Below are positions 1 to 43,208 of a stretch of DNA of 64,000 bases, in pieces; position 1 is the first letter of the stretch, and each line of letters begins with the position of its first letter. The DNA comes from the human T2T-CHM13v2.0 reference genome, Homo sapiens. A program made the position numbers and the translations under genes. The notes beneath the pieces were generated by a model, which saw only the letters and a list, made by a program, of their open reading frames with translations, made no database searches and was not told the DNA's origin. The DNA is taken from the NCBI RefSeq assembly GCF_009914755.1, contig NC_060928.1; one strand, written 5' to 3'.

Positions 1-114
1 AATGAGTTTATTACCATACTGCCAGCAAATGCAAGCTTTTCTAAGACAACAATATGCTGCTACAGGATTAGTGAAAAAAACCTTAGACCAACAAATGCAT
101 GTCCGTGAGCTTAC

Positions 115-31821
<31,707 letters not shown>

Positions 31822-32989
31822 GGTGCCGCTCTCCGCTCTCGAGCGACTGGAAGCTCCCGCCAAGCCCCTCGCCGCTCCGAACAGCCAATCCGGGCCGAGC
31901 ACGCGCGCGTGCGCAGGACTTCCTGAGCGGCCCCCGGGCTCCTCCCTGGCCTGGAGCGTGAGGGAAAACTGGGTCTGGTTATTACAGCGCAACGGAGCTG
32001 GAGTCCATGCCGCACAACCAGTTACCTACGGTCCAAAACATGCCAAAGTTTTCCGGGCTTTCGCGCCCACCCGCATCGCCAGTTTTCCGGCTCCAGAAAG
32101 CCCGGGAGCCACGTGGGACGGCCCCTTGTGGGGTGGGGAAAGGGGAGGAGCTAGTGTCCCTGAGTCGTGGGCAGGTGAGAGGGTGGGTGGAGACCCTTGT
32201 TCGCAGCTGTTGTCGCTGAGGCCGCAGTCGTCTTTCCAGGCCTACAGGATTTGGCTTCCAGCCCCTGCTGCCTTTATCAGCTGTCTGAGCTTAGCATGTT
32301 ACTTTACCGCTATCCCAATACCTTCATTTGTAAATGGACAGGGTTCCTTTTGTTCTTTTGTTTTGTTTGTGTTTAAAAATGTGTAATGCAGAAGAATGTA
32401 ATTGAACCCTTACCTTACACCGCGTATAAAAATTAACGCAAAATGAATCAAAGACCTAACTATAAAGGCTAAAATTAAAACTCTTAGAAGAAAACAGAGC
32501 AAAAACTTCATAACATTGGACTTGGTATGATTTCTTGGATATGATACCAAAAGCAGTTTGGGATGATGAAAACGTTCTGGAAATAGTGGTGGATGGATGC
32601 ACAAGGTGAAGGTACTTAATGCCACAATACTGTAAAGTTAAAAACGGTTAAAATGCTAAATTTTGTTATGTATATTTTACTACGACAAAAATATTACGTT
32701 TCATGCATATGAAAGAATATAACGTGTAATGTAAAGATAAAAACAAACATCCGTGTAACCAGCACTACATGGGGATATGGATCATTTTTATATATAACTC
32801 TTGGGTACCCCTCTGAATGGTATCCTCCTCCTCCAAAGAATAACCACTCTTCTGATTTTATGTGTATCATTCCTGTGGTTTTCTACCTTGATATAGCCCC
32901 AAATAATGTATTGATTATTGTATGTTTCTAAACTTTATATGATATTTGGTAGGTATGCTGCAAGTGCCCTTTCTTACTAAAGCTATTGC

Positions 32990-33369
<380 letters not shown>

Positions 33370-33389
33370 TATTTATATTTTTTATTTTA

Positions 33390-33460
33390 ATTTCTTTTTT
33401 TTTTTTCAAGATGGAGTCTTGCTCTGTCACCCAGGCTGGAGTGCAATGGCACAATCTTGG
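33390..33460 (-). mobile_element. Alu 3' stub fused to the ERV9 leader
   Basis: polyT-agatggagtcttgctctgtcacccaggctggagtgcaatggcacaatcttgg, then ERV sequence. Confidence 0.85.
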
Positions 33461-33932
33461 TGGGGGGGACTATCTTTTCTGGAATTTTAGGATCCCTCCT
33501 CAGACAAGCAGGCCTAACAAAAGCTATTCCTGAAGGTATGCTATGAGGAGCCTCAGAAATTGTATCCTTCCTATTCATGTAAGTGAAGATAAAAGGTGTC
33601 ACTCTTCCAGCCTTGGACATCCCTTCCCTCCCTCAGGGTATGGCCCTCCACTTCATTTTTGGGGCATAACATCTTTATAGGACAGGGATAAAGTCCCAAT
33701 ACTAACAGGAGAATGCTTAGGACCCTTAACAGTTTTTCGAGAATGTGTTGGTAAGGGCCACTAAATCCGACCTTCCTCGGTCCTCCATGTGGTCTGGGAG
33801 GAAAACTAGTGTTTCTGCTGCTGCGTCGGTGAGTGCAACTATTCCGATCAGCAGGGTCCAGGGACCATTGTGGGTTCTTGGGCAGGGGGACAAGCAAAAC
33901 AAACCAAAACCGCGGGTGGTTTTGTCTTTCAG

Positions 33933-35382
33933 ATGGGAAACACTCAGGCATCAACAGGCTCACCCTTGAAATGCATCCTAAGCCGTTGGCACCAATTTGA
34001 CCCACAAACCCTGTAAAAGAGGTGGTCTGCCCTGCAGCTTGGCACCAATATTCTCTCTCTGATGGGGAAAAATGGCCACCTGAGGGAAGTACAAATTATA
34101 ATAGTATCCTGCAGCTTGACCTTTTCTGTAAGAGGGAAGGCAAATGGAGTGAAATACCTTATGTCCGAGCTTTCTTTTCATTGAGGGAAAATACACAACT
34201 ATGCAAAGCTTACAATTTACATCCCACAAGAGGACCTCTCAGCTTACTCCCATATCCTAGCCTCCCTATAGCTCCCCTTCCTATTAATGATAATCCTCTC
34301 TAATCTCCCCTATCCAGAAGGAAATAAGCAAAGAAATCTCCAAAGGACCACAAAAACCCCCAGGTTATCGGTTATGTCCCCTTCAAGCTGTAGGGGGAGG
34401 GGAATTTGGCCCAACCCGGGTACATGTCCCCTTCTCCTTCTCTGACTTAAAGCAGATCAAGGCAGACCTGGGGAAGTTTTCAGATGATCCTGATAGGTAC
34501 ACAGATGTCCTACAGGGTCTAGGGCAAACCTTCGACCTCGCTTGGAGAGATGTCATGCTACTGTTAGATCAAACCCTGGCCTTTAATGAAAAGAATGCGG
34601 CTTTAGCTGCAGCCTGAGAGTTTGGAGATACCTGGTATCTTAGTCAAGTAAATGATAGAATGACAGCCGAAGAAAGGGACAAATTCCCTACCAGTCAGCA
34701 AGCCATCCCCAGTATGGATCCCCACTGGGACCTTGACTCAGATCATGGGGACTGGAGTTGTAAACATCTGTTGACCTGTGTTTTAGAAGGACTAAGGAGA
34801 ATTAGAAAAATGCCCATGAATTATTCAATGATGTCCACCATAACTCAGGGAAAGGAAGAAAATCCTTCCGCCTTCCTTGAGTGGCTATGGGAGGCCTTAT
34901 GAAAATACACTCCCATGTCACCCGAATCACTCGAGGGTCAATTGATTCTAAAAGATAAGTTTATTACCCAATCAGTTGCAGATATCAGGAGAAAGCTCCA
35001 AAAGCAAGCCCTGGGCCCTGAACAAAATCTAGAGGCATTATTAAACCTGGAAACCTCGGTGTTCTATAATAGGGACCAAGAGGAACAGGCCCAAAAGGAA
35101 AAGCGAGATCAGAGAAAGGCTGCAGCCTTAGTCATGGCCCTCAGACAAACAAACCTTGGTGGTTCAGAGAGGACAGAAAATGGAGCAGGCCAATCACCTG
35201 GTAGGGCTTGTTATCAGTGTGGTTTACTAGGACACTTTAAAAAAGATTGTCCAATGAGAAATAAGCTGCCCCCTCGTCCATGTCTGCTATGCCGAGGCAA
35301 TCACTGGAAGGTGCACTGCCCCAGAGGACGAAGGTTCCCTGGGTCAGAAGCCCCTAACCAGATGATCCAACAACAGGACTAA
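33933..35382 (+). pseudogene. ERV9 gag, disrupted
   Basis: Starts MGNTQASTGSPLKCIL with stop at 34014-34016; later frames give MHR-like ITQGKEENPSAFLE and knuckles CYQCGLLGHFKKDC and CLLCRGNHWKVHC (ORF 34915..35382). Confidence 0.92.
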
Positions 35383-37590
35383 GGGTGCCCAGGGCAAGCA
35401 CCAGCACATGTCATCACCCTCACTGAGCCATGGGTACGTTTAACTATTGAGGGCCAGGAAATTGACTTCCTCCTGGACACTGGCGCCGCCTTCTCAGTGT
35501 TAATCTCCTGTCCTGGACGACTGTCCTCAAGGTCTGTTACCATCCAAGGAATCCTGGGACAGCCTGTAACCAGGTATTTCTCCCACCTCTTCAGTTGTAA
35601 TTGGGAGACTTTGCTCTTTTCACATGCCTTTCTTGTTATGCCTGAAAGTCCCACACCCTTATTAGGGAGGGATATATTAGCCAAGGCTGGAGCTATTATC
35701 TACATGAATATGGGGAAAAAGTTACCCATTTGTTGTCCCCTACTTGAGGAGAGAATCAACCCTGAAGTCTGGGCATTGGAAGGACAATTTGGAAGGGCAA
35801 AAAAATGCCCGCCTAGCCCAAATCAGGTTAAAAGATCCCACCACTTTTCCTTAACAAAGGCAATATCCCTTAAGGCCTGAAGCTAATAAAAGATTACAGA
35901 ATATTGTTAAATATTTAAAAGCTCAAGGTTTAGTAAGGAAATGCAGCAGTCCCTGCAACACCCCAATTCTAGGAGTATAAAAACTGAATGGTCAGTGGAG
36001 ACTAGTGCAAGATCTTAGACTCATCAATGAGGCAGTAATTCCTCTATATCCAGTTGTACCCAACCCCTATACTGTGCTCTCTCAAATACCAGAGGAAGCA
36101 GAATGGTTCACGGTTCTGGAGCTCAAGGATGCCTGCTTCTGTATTCCCCTGCACTCTGACTCCCAGTTTCTCTTTGCCTTTGAGGATCCCACAGACCACA
36201 CGTCCCGACTTACATGGACAGTCTTGCCCCAAGGGTTTGGGGATAGACCTCATCTGTTTGGTCAGGCACTGGCCCAAGATCTATGCCACTTCTCAAGTCC
36301 AGGCACTCTGGTCCTTCAGTATGTGGATGATTTACTTTTGGCTACCAGTTCGGAAGCCTCATGCCAGCAGGCTACTCTAGAGCTCTTGAAATTTCTAGCT
36401 AATCAAGGGTACAAGGTGTCTAGGTCAAAGGCCCAGCCTTGCCTACAACAGGTCAAGTATCTAGGCCTAATCTTAGCCAGAGGGACCAGGGCCCTCAGCA
36501 AGGAACGAATACAGCCTATACTGGCTTATCCTCACCTTAAGACATTAAAACAGTTGCAGGGGTTCCTTGGAATCACCGGCTTTTGCTGACTATGGATCCC
36601 CGGATACAGTGAGATAGCCAGGCCCCTCTATACTCTAATTAAGGAGACCCAGAGGGCAAATACTCATCTAGTAGAATGGGAACCAGAGGCAGAAACAGCC
36701 TTCAAAACCCTAAAGCAGGCCCTAGTACAAGCTCCAGCTTTAAGCCTTCCCACAGGACAAAACTTCTCTTTATATGTCACAGAGATAGCTGGGATAGCTC
36801 TTGGAGTCCATACTCAGACTCGTGGGACAACCCCACAACCAGTGGCATACCTAAGTAAGGAATTGATGTAGTAGCAAAAGGCTGGCCTCACTGTTTAAGG
36901 GTAGTTACAGCAGTGGCCATCTTAGTGTCAGAGGCTATCAAAATAACACCAGGAAAGGATCTTGCTGTCTGGACTACTCATGATGTAAATGGCATACTAG
37001 GTGCCAAAGGAAGTTTATGGCTATCAGACAACCGCCTACTTAGATACCAGGCGCTACTCCTTGAGGGACCGGTGCTTCAAATACGCACGTGCGTGGCCCT
37101 CAACCCTGCTACTTTTCTCCCAGAGGATGGGGAACCAATCGAGCATGACTGCCAACAAATTATAGTCCAGACTTATGCCACCTGAGATGCTCTCTTAGAA
37201 GTCCCCTTAGCTAATCCTGACCTTAACCTACATACCGATGGAAGTTCATTTGTGGAGAATGGGAAACGAAAGGCAGGTTACACCATAGTGATGTAACCAT
37301 ACTTGAAAGTAAGCCTCTTCCCCCAGGGACCAGTTCCCAGTTAGTAGAACTAGTGGCCCTTACCCGAGCCTTAGAACTGGGAAAAGAAAAAAGAATAAAT
37401 GTGTATACAGATAGCAAGTATGCTTATCTAATCCTACATGCCCATGCTGCAATATGGAAAGAAAGGGAGTTCCTAACCTCTGGGGAACCCCCACTAAATA
37501 CCACAAGGAAATTATAGAGTTATTGCATGCAGTGCAGGAACCCAAGGAGGTGGCAGTCTTACACTGCCAAAGCCATCAAAAAGGGGAAGA
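35383..37590 (+). pseudogene. ERV9 pro-pol (protease, RT, RNase H), disrupted; integrase absent
   Basis: FLLDTGA near 35467; ORF 36005..36589 with LPQG and QYVDDLLL; RNase H motifs YTDGSS (near 37230) and VYTDSKY (near 37400); several stops and frameshifts. Confidence 0.92.
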
Positions 37591-37642
37591 AGAGGGGAGA
37601 ACAGCAGCATAAGCAGCTGGCAGAGGCAGGGAAAGACCAGTA

Positions 37643-37862
37643 GAAAGGAAAGAGACAGAAAGTCAGAGAGAGAGGAAGAAAAAGAGAGACAAAGAGAAGG
37701 AGTCAAAGGAAAGAGAGAAAGAGACAGGAAGTCAGAGAGAGAGAGAGGAAGAAACAGAGACAAAACAGGAAAGAGAGGAAGAGACAAAGGGGGAGTCAGA
37801 GAGAAAGAGAGAGACAAAGAAGAAGTCAGAGAAAGAGAGAGATAGAAATAGTAAAGAAAAAA
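37643..37862 (+). repeat. GA-rich purine low-complexity tract inside the provirus
   Basis: gaaagagacagaaagtcagagagagagg-type imperfect repeats. Confidence 0.9.
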
Positions 37863-37899
37863 CATAGTACCCTATTCCTTTAAAAGTCAGGGTAAAGTT

Positions 37900-38735
37900 C
37901 TGTCTACCCAGCCAAGGCATATTCTTCCTATGTGGAACATCGACCTACATCTGCTTCCCCACTAACTGGACCAGCACCTGCATCTTAGTCTTTCTAAGTC
38001 CCAACATTAACATTGCCCAGGAAATCAGATTCTATCAATACCCCTCAAAGTTCAAGTCCATCAGTGCAGAGCCATACAACTAATACCCCTACTTATAGGG
38101 TTAGGAATGGCTACTGCTACAGGAACTGGAATAGCTGGTTTATCTACTTCAGTGTCCTACTACCACACACTCTCAAAGGATTTCTCAGACAGTTTGCAAG
38201 AAATAACGGACCTGTTCTTACTCTACAATCCCAAATAGACTCTTTGGCAGCACAGACTCTCCAAAACCGCTGAGGCCTAGACCTCCTCACTGCTGAGAAA
38301 GGAGGACTCTGCATCTTCTTAGGGGAAGAGTGTTGTTTTTACACTAACCAGTCAGGGATAGTACGAGATGCCGCCCGGCGTTTACAGGAAAAGGCTTCTG
38401 AAATCAGGCAATGCTTTTCAAATTCTTATACCAACCTCTGGAGTTGGGCAATGTGGCTTCTCCCCTTTCAAGGTCCCGTGGCAGCCATCTTGCTGTTACT
38501 CACGTTCGGGCTCTGTATTTTTAACCTCCTTGTCAAATTTGTTTCCTCTAGAATTGAGGCCGTCAAGCTACAGATGGTCTTACAAATGGAACCCCAAATG
38601 AGTTCAACTAACAACTTCTACCGAGGACCCCTGGACCAGTCCACTGGCACTTTTACTGGCCTAGAGAGCTCCCCTCTGGAGGACACTACAACTGCAGGGC
38701 CCCTTCATCACCCCTATCCAGCAGGAAGTAGCTAG
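37900..38735 (+). pseudogene. ERV9 env remnant (end of SU and TM)
   Basis: Fusion-peptide-like RAIQLIPLLIGLG; ISD LQNR*GLDLLTAEKGGL; CIFLGEECC; TM helix and tail VKLQMVLQMEPQM. Confidence 0.9.
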
Positions 38736-38792
38736 AGTGGTCATCGGCCAAATTCCCAACATCAGTTGGGGTGTCCTGTTTAGAGTGGGGAT

Positions 38793-40388
38793 TGAGAGGT
38801 GACAGCGTGCCGGCAGCCCTTGCTCACTCTCAGTGCCTCCTCAGCCTCAGCGCCCACTCTGGCCATGCTTGAGGAGCCCTTCAGCCCGCCGCTGCACTAT
38901 GGGAGCCCCTCTCTGGGCTGGCCAAAGTCGAAGCCGGCTCCCTCTGCTGGCAGGGAGATGTGGAGGGAGAGGCGCAGGCAGGAACTGGGGCTGTGCGGCG
39001 CTCGCGGGCCAGTGTGTGTTCCGGGTGGGCGTAGGCTCGGTGGGCTCCACACTCAGGAGTGGCCGGCTGGTGACACCAGCCCCGGGCAGTGAGGGGCTTA
39101 GCACCCGGGCCAGCAGCTGTGGAGGGTGCACCGGGCCCCCCAGCAGTGCCGGCCTGCCAGCACTGCCCTTGAATTCTCATCGGGCCTCAGCTGCCTCCCC
39201 GCAGGGCAGGGCTCGGGACCTGCAGCCCGCCATGCCCAAGCCTCCCCCCGACCGTGGGCTCCTGTGCGGCTAAGCCTCCCCGACAAGCATCACCCCCTGC
39301 TCTGTGGCGCCCAGTCCCATCGACCACCCAAGGGCTGAGGAGTGCGGGCACATGGCGCGGGACTGGCAGGCAGCTCCGCCTGCAGCCCTGGTGTGGGATC
39401 CACTAGGTGAAGCCAGCTGGGCTCCTGAGTCTAGTGGGGACTTGGAGAACCTTTATGTCTAGCTAAGGGATTGTAGATACACCAATCAGCACTCTGTGTC
39501 TAGCTCAAGGTTTGTAAATGCACCCATCAGCACTCTGTGTCTAGCTCAGGTTTGTGAATGCACCAATCAGCACTCTGTATCTGGCTCATCTGGTGGGGAC
39601 TTGCAGAACCTTTATGTCTAGCTAAGGGATTGTAGATACACCAATCAACACTCTTATGTCTAGCTCAAGGTTTGTAAATACACCAATCAGCACCCTGTGT
39701 CCAGCTCAAGGTTTGTAAATGCACCAATTAGTGCTCTGTGTCTAGCTAATCTAGTGGGGACTTGGAGAATCTTTACGTCTAGCTAAGGGATTGTAAATAC
39801 ACCAGTCAGCACTCTGTGTCTAGCTCAAGGTTTGTAAATACACCAATCAGCACCCTGTGTCTAGCTCAAGGTTTATAAATGCACCTATCAGTGCTCTGTG
39901 TCTAACTAATCTAGTGGGGACTTGGAGAACTTTTGTGTCTAGCTCAGGGATTGTAAACGCACTAATCAGCACGCTGTCAAAACGGACCAATCAGCGCTCT
40001 GTAAAATGCACCAATCAGTAGGATGTGGGTGGGGCCAGATAAAGGATTAAAAGCAGGCTGCCAGAACAGCAGTGGCAACATGCTTGGGTCCCTTTCAACA
40101 CTGTGGAAGCTTTGTTCTTTCGCTCTTTTCAATAAATCTTGCTGCTGCTCACTCTTTGGGTCCACACTGCCTTTATGAGCTGTAACACTCACCACGAATG
40201 TCTGCAGCTTCACTTCTGAGCCAGCGAGACCACGAGCCCACCAGAAGGAAGAAACTCCAAACACATCCAAACATCAGAAGGAACAAACTCCAGACATGCC
40301 TCCTTTAAGAACTGTAACACTCAGTTACAGTTACAGTGGCTTCATCCTTGAAGTCAGTGAGACCAAGAACCCACCAATTCCAGACACA
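38793..40388 (+). mobile_element. LTR12 (C/D/E type), complete 3' LTR
   Basis: PPT-like agagtggggat then TGAGAGGTGACAGCGTG; GC-rich U3; CCAAT repeat array; AATAAA at 40131; ends CCAATTCCAGACACA. Confidence 0.95.
39431..40020 (+). repeat. LTR12 U3 tandem array: ~40-bp units in a ~160-bp higher-order repeat
   Basis: ctagtggggacttggagaac-type unit at 39431, 39590, 39751, 39911; caccaatcagcactctgtgtctagct subunits. Confidence 0.92.
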
Positions 40389-40510
40389 CTGGGAGCCTGG
40401 TCCAGAGCTTGAAACCCGGCAGCCATTCCATGTCTGTCTGAATTCTACCATTCAGGGAAAGAGACTCCGTATCTCCCAGCCTTCCCAGAAAAAGGGCTGC
40501 CACACCTACC

Positions 40511-40961
40511 TGTATTTGGGCTCTCCAGAAAAGCAGAACCAATGTACATATGGGGACAGCGGGCAGAGATTTTAAGAACTGGCTCATGCGAATGTGGAGG
40601 CTGGCAAGTCTGCAATCTCTAGGAACAGGCCCACAGGCTGGAAATTCAGGTAAGAGTTGACGTTGCCATCAGGAGTCCAAAATCCACAAAGCAGGCCCAA
40701 CAGCCTGGAAACTCAGGCAGAGTGTCTGTGTTGCAGGATTGAGGAGAATTCCTTCTTCAGGAAACCTCAGTCTTAAGGCCTTCAACAGATTGCGTGAGGC
40801 CCACCTACATTATGGAGGGTAATGTGCTTCAGTGAAAGCCTACTGATTTAAATAGTAATCACACCTAAAAAATGCCTTCCTGGCAATACCTAGACTGGTG
40901 TTTGACCAAACAACTGGGCATCATGGCATAGCCAAGTTGACACCTAACATTTACCATCACA
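40511..40961 (-). mobile_element. MLT2-type ERVL solo LTR
   Basis: Starts tgtatttgggctctccagaaaagcagaacc; ends gccaagttgacacctaacatttaccatcaca. Confidence 0.75.
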
Positions 40962-41844
40962 CTGTCCCTGAACCAATCCCTGTGGCCAGGGAAATGGAAT
41001 ACACTCATTAGCTTCCTAGGACCACTTGATTCCCGCTGGAACTGGAGTGGCGAGTAGGGGGCTATAAATTGGGAAAGGGGGAAATGCATGCTGGGGAAAC
41101 AGATAAATCCGTGACAGAAACTCACCCAGGGTTGTAGAGCTATTCATAGGGAAGCTAGATTCCAACCCACTCCTGCCTTTGTTCCATGCTGCTTCCGCAG
41201 TTAGACTGTCAGCTTAGAGCAATGATTCTCAGCTTGGGTGAGGGGAGGGCAGAGGGAAGAGGGAAAGGGGTCTACCAGGATGCCTGGGGCGGGGTAACCT
41301 GATAAAGCCAGTGGATGCTATCACAGGAAGGAGACTCCCGGGGTGCTCTGGGCAGAGGTTGTGTGAGAGCCCTACCTACGATTCTGACCCAGAAGGGCCA
41401 TCTCAGAGTTTCTGTAGTGATTTGTGTTGTTGAGGATGGAAACCACAGCATCTCTGCGCGCTTGTAGATATGGAAAGCCAGGTGGGGAGCCTGGTTTGGG
41501 TGGCAGGAAGAGAACACAAAGGCTCATTATAAGCCCTTGATAAAAATGTGGGGGCTGGAGGCTGGCCATAGGGGAGAAGGGTCTGTAGAGGGGAGAGGAG
41601 GTGCCCAGCAGATTCCAACCAATCAGAAAAGAAACTCCCCATGCCCAGCAGATTCCAACCAATCAGAAAAGAAACTCCCCGCAAGGAGAACAATAGGTTA
41701 CTTTTTAGGGAAGCCATGGCCAGTGTTTTCCATTTTAAGATGGTGCCTGTGTTGTGCTGGTCTCTTTCCACCAGTTAACCGTTAGTAAAGTTTGCTAAAC
41801 TCCACAGCCTTGTGTGTCTAAGGGGCGGTGAGGAAGGAAGGATC

Positions 41845-42521
41845 CTTACAGTAGGTAGTCAGGCAGACGTGAGCAGGGCAGGAGAGGGCCCCTACAACCA
41901 GGAAAGTCAGGCAGCCATCAGGGGATGGTCAGGCGGCTGTTAAACTGTTTATTTTAGACCAATAATAATCGGTCACAGCCAGCACGAGGGAAAGGCAATT
42001 TCCCAATAGAAAATATCTGAAGCTGGTGATTAGCAGCTTCCGGATAAGATCTCAGGATTTGGGTGAGTGAGCTCAAGCATACACAGTAAGAGGCAAAATG
42101 ATGGTGTTTAATTGGTAGATGGGAGAACGCCTCAACTGCGCATGTGCACAACTTCAGTAAACACGTTGCGTTTATGGCTCCTCCCACGTGCTGGCAGGCC
42201 ACTGCGCATCAGGACAGCCCACCCCAAGGGAACAATCCAGGGAGAGGTAACACCGCTCCCTCCCTCAAAGCATGCTAACGTATAAGACCCCAAGTCAAAG
42301 GCCACACAGCACTTGAATCTCTCATGTCCCCGCTTGGCCCTCTTCCAAGTGTACTTTACTTCCTTTTGTTCCTGCTCTAAAACTTTTAAATAAACTTTCA
42401 CTCGGCTCTAAAAGTTGCCTCTGTCTCTCGCTCTGCCTTATGCCCCTTGGTCAAATTCTTTCCTCTGAGGAAGCAAGAACTGAGGTTGCTGCAGACCTGT
42501 GTGGATTCGCTGCCATTAACG
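41845..42521 (+). mobile_element. ERV1 solo LTR, MER50-like
   Basis: Starts ttacagtaggtagtcaggcagacgtgagcagggcaggagagggcccc; TATA-like tataaga and aataaa; ends gccattaac. Confidence 0.7.
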
Positions 42522-42906
42522 AGATAGTGTTCAGGGTGGGGTGAAGCATGCTTGTTGGAAGGGATGGGCTGAAAACGCAGGAGTGGAGGCAGCGGGGTCA
42601 GGAGTCCTAAAGGTGACCTGGAGCAATGTGAGCAACTGCAAGGAACGTCAGGGACACCAGAGGACCAGAGGCTTCAGGACACTGGAGGACACCTAGGTGG
42701 TGGGTCCTTAAGTTATATGCTTTCATATTTGGGAAATGGAAAAAAAAAACTATTGCTTTGATTATACCAACTATAGAAAATAATGACAAAACTTTAGGGA
42801 GGCTTGGGATAAACTGAGTGCTTGGGCCTGGACACTTCCATGTGGAACTATATCTTCCCTGTGATGGAGGTTGATGTATATATGAATTCCATGTTTTGGA
42901 ATTGTT

Positions 42907-43208
42907 AGTTTGATTTTGATTGATTGATTGGACTGAGACAAGGTCTCTGTTGTTCAGGCTGGAGTGCTGTGATGACTTCATAGCTCACTACAGTCTCAAA
43001 TTCCTGGGCTCAAGCGATCCTCCTGCCTCAGTCTCCCGAGTAGCTGGGATTACAGGCACATGCCACCAGGCCTGGCTAATTTTTGTATTTTTCACAGAGA
43101 GGGTTTTGCCGTGTTGTCCAGGCTGGTCTCAAACTCCTGGGCTCGAGAACCACCCACCCTGGCCTCCCAAAGTGCTGGGATGACAGGTGTCCGCCACCGC
43201 GCCTGGCC
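42907..43208 (-). mobile_element. AluJ
   Basis: Reverse dimer, (TTGA)n tail. Confidence 0.9.

Larger units (their letters stand above)
33461..40388 (+). mobile_element. HERV9/ERV9 defective provirus: partial leader, gag, pro, RT, RNase H, env-TM remnant and 3' LTR12; no 5' LTR
   Basis: Gag CCHC knuckle, DTG protease, YVDD RT, env ISD and CX6CC, polypurine tract then LTR12. Confidence 0.95.

Noticed and set aside
36005-36589. 194-aa reverse transcriptase ORF as a novel or functional RT system
   Set aside because: Fragment of ERV9 pol bounded by stops and frameshifts, non-ATG start, and the first catalytic Asp appears replaced (VLELKDA)
39431-40020. Regular ~40-bp repeats that look CRISPR-like next to an RT
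   Set aside because: No unique spacers and no cas genes; this is the standard LTR12 U3 array in primate DNA
33461-40388. ERV9 as an L1-mobilised processed pseudogene, which would explain the missing 5' end
   Set aside because: The 3' LTR has complete U5 ending in CA and no polyA tail, which fits a provirus
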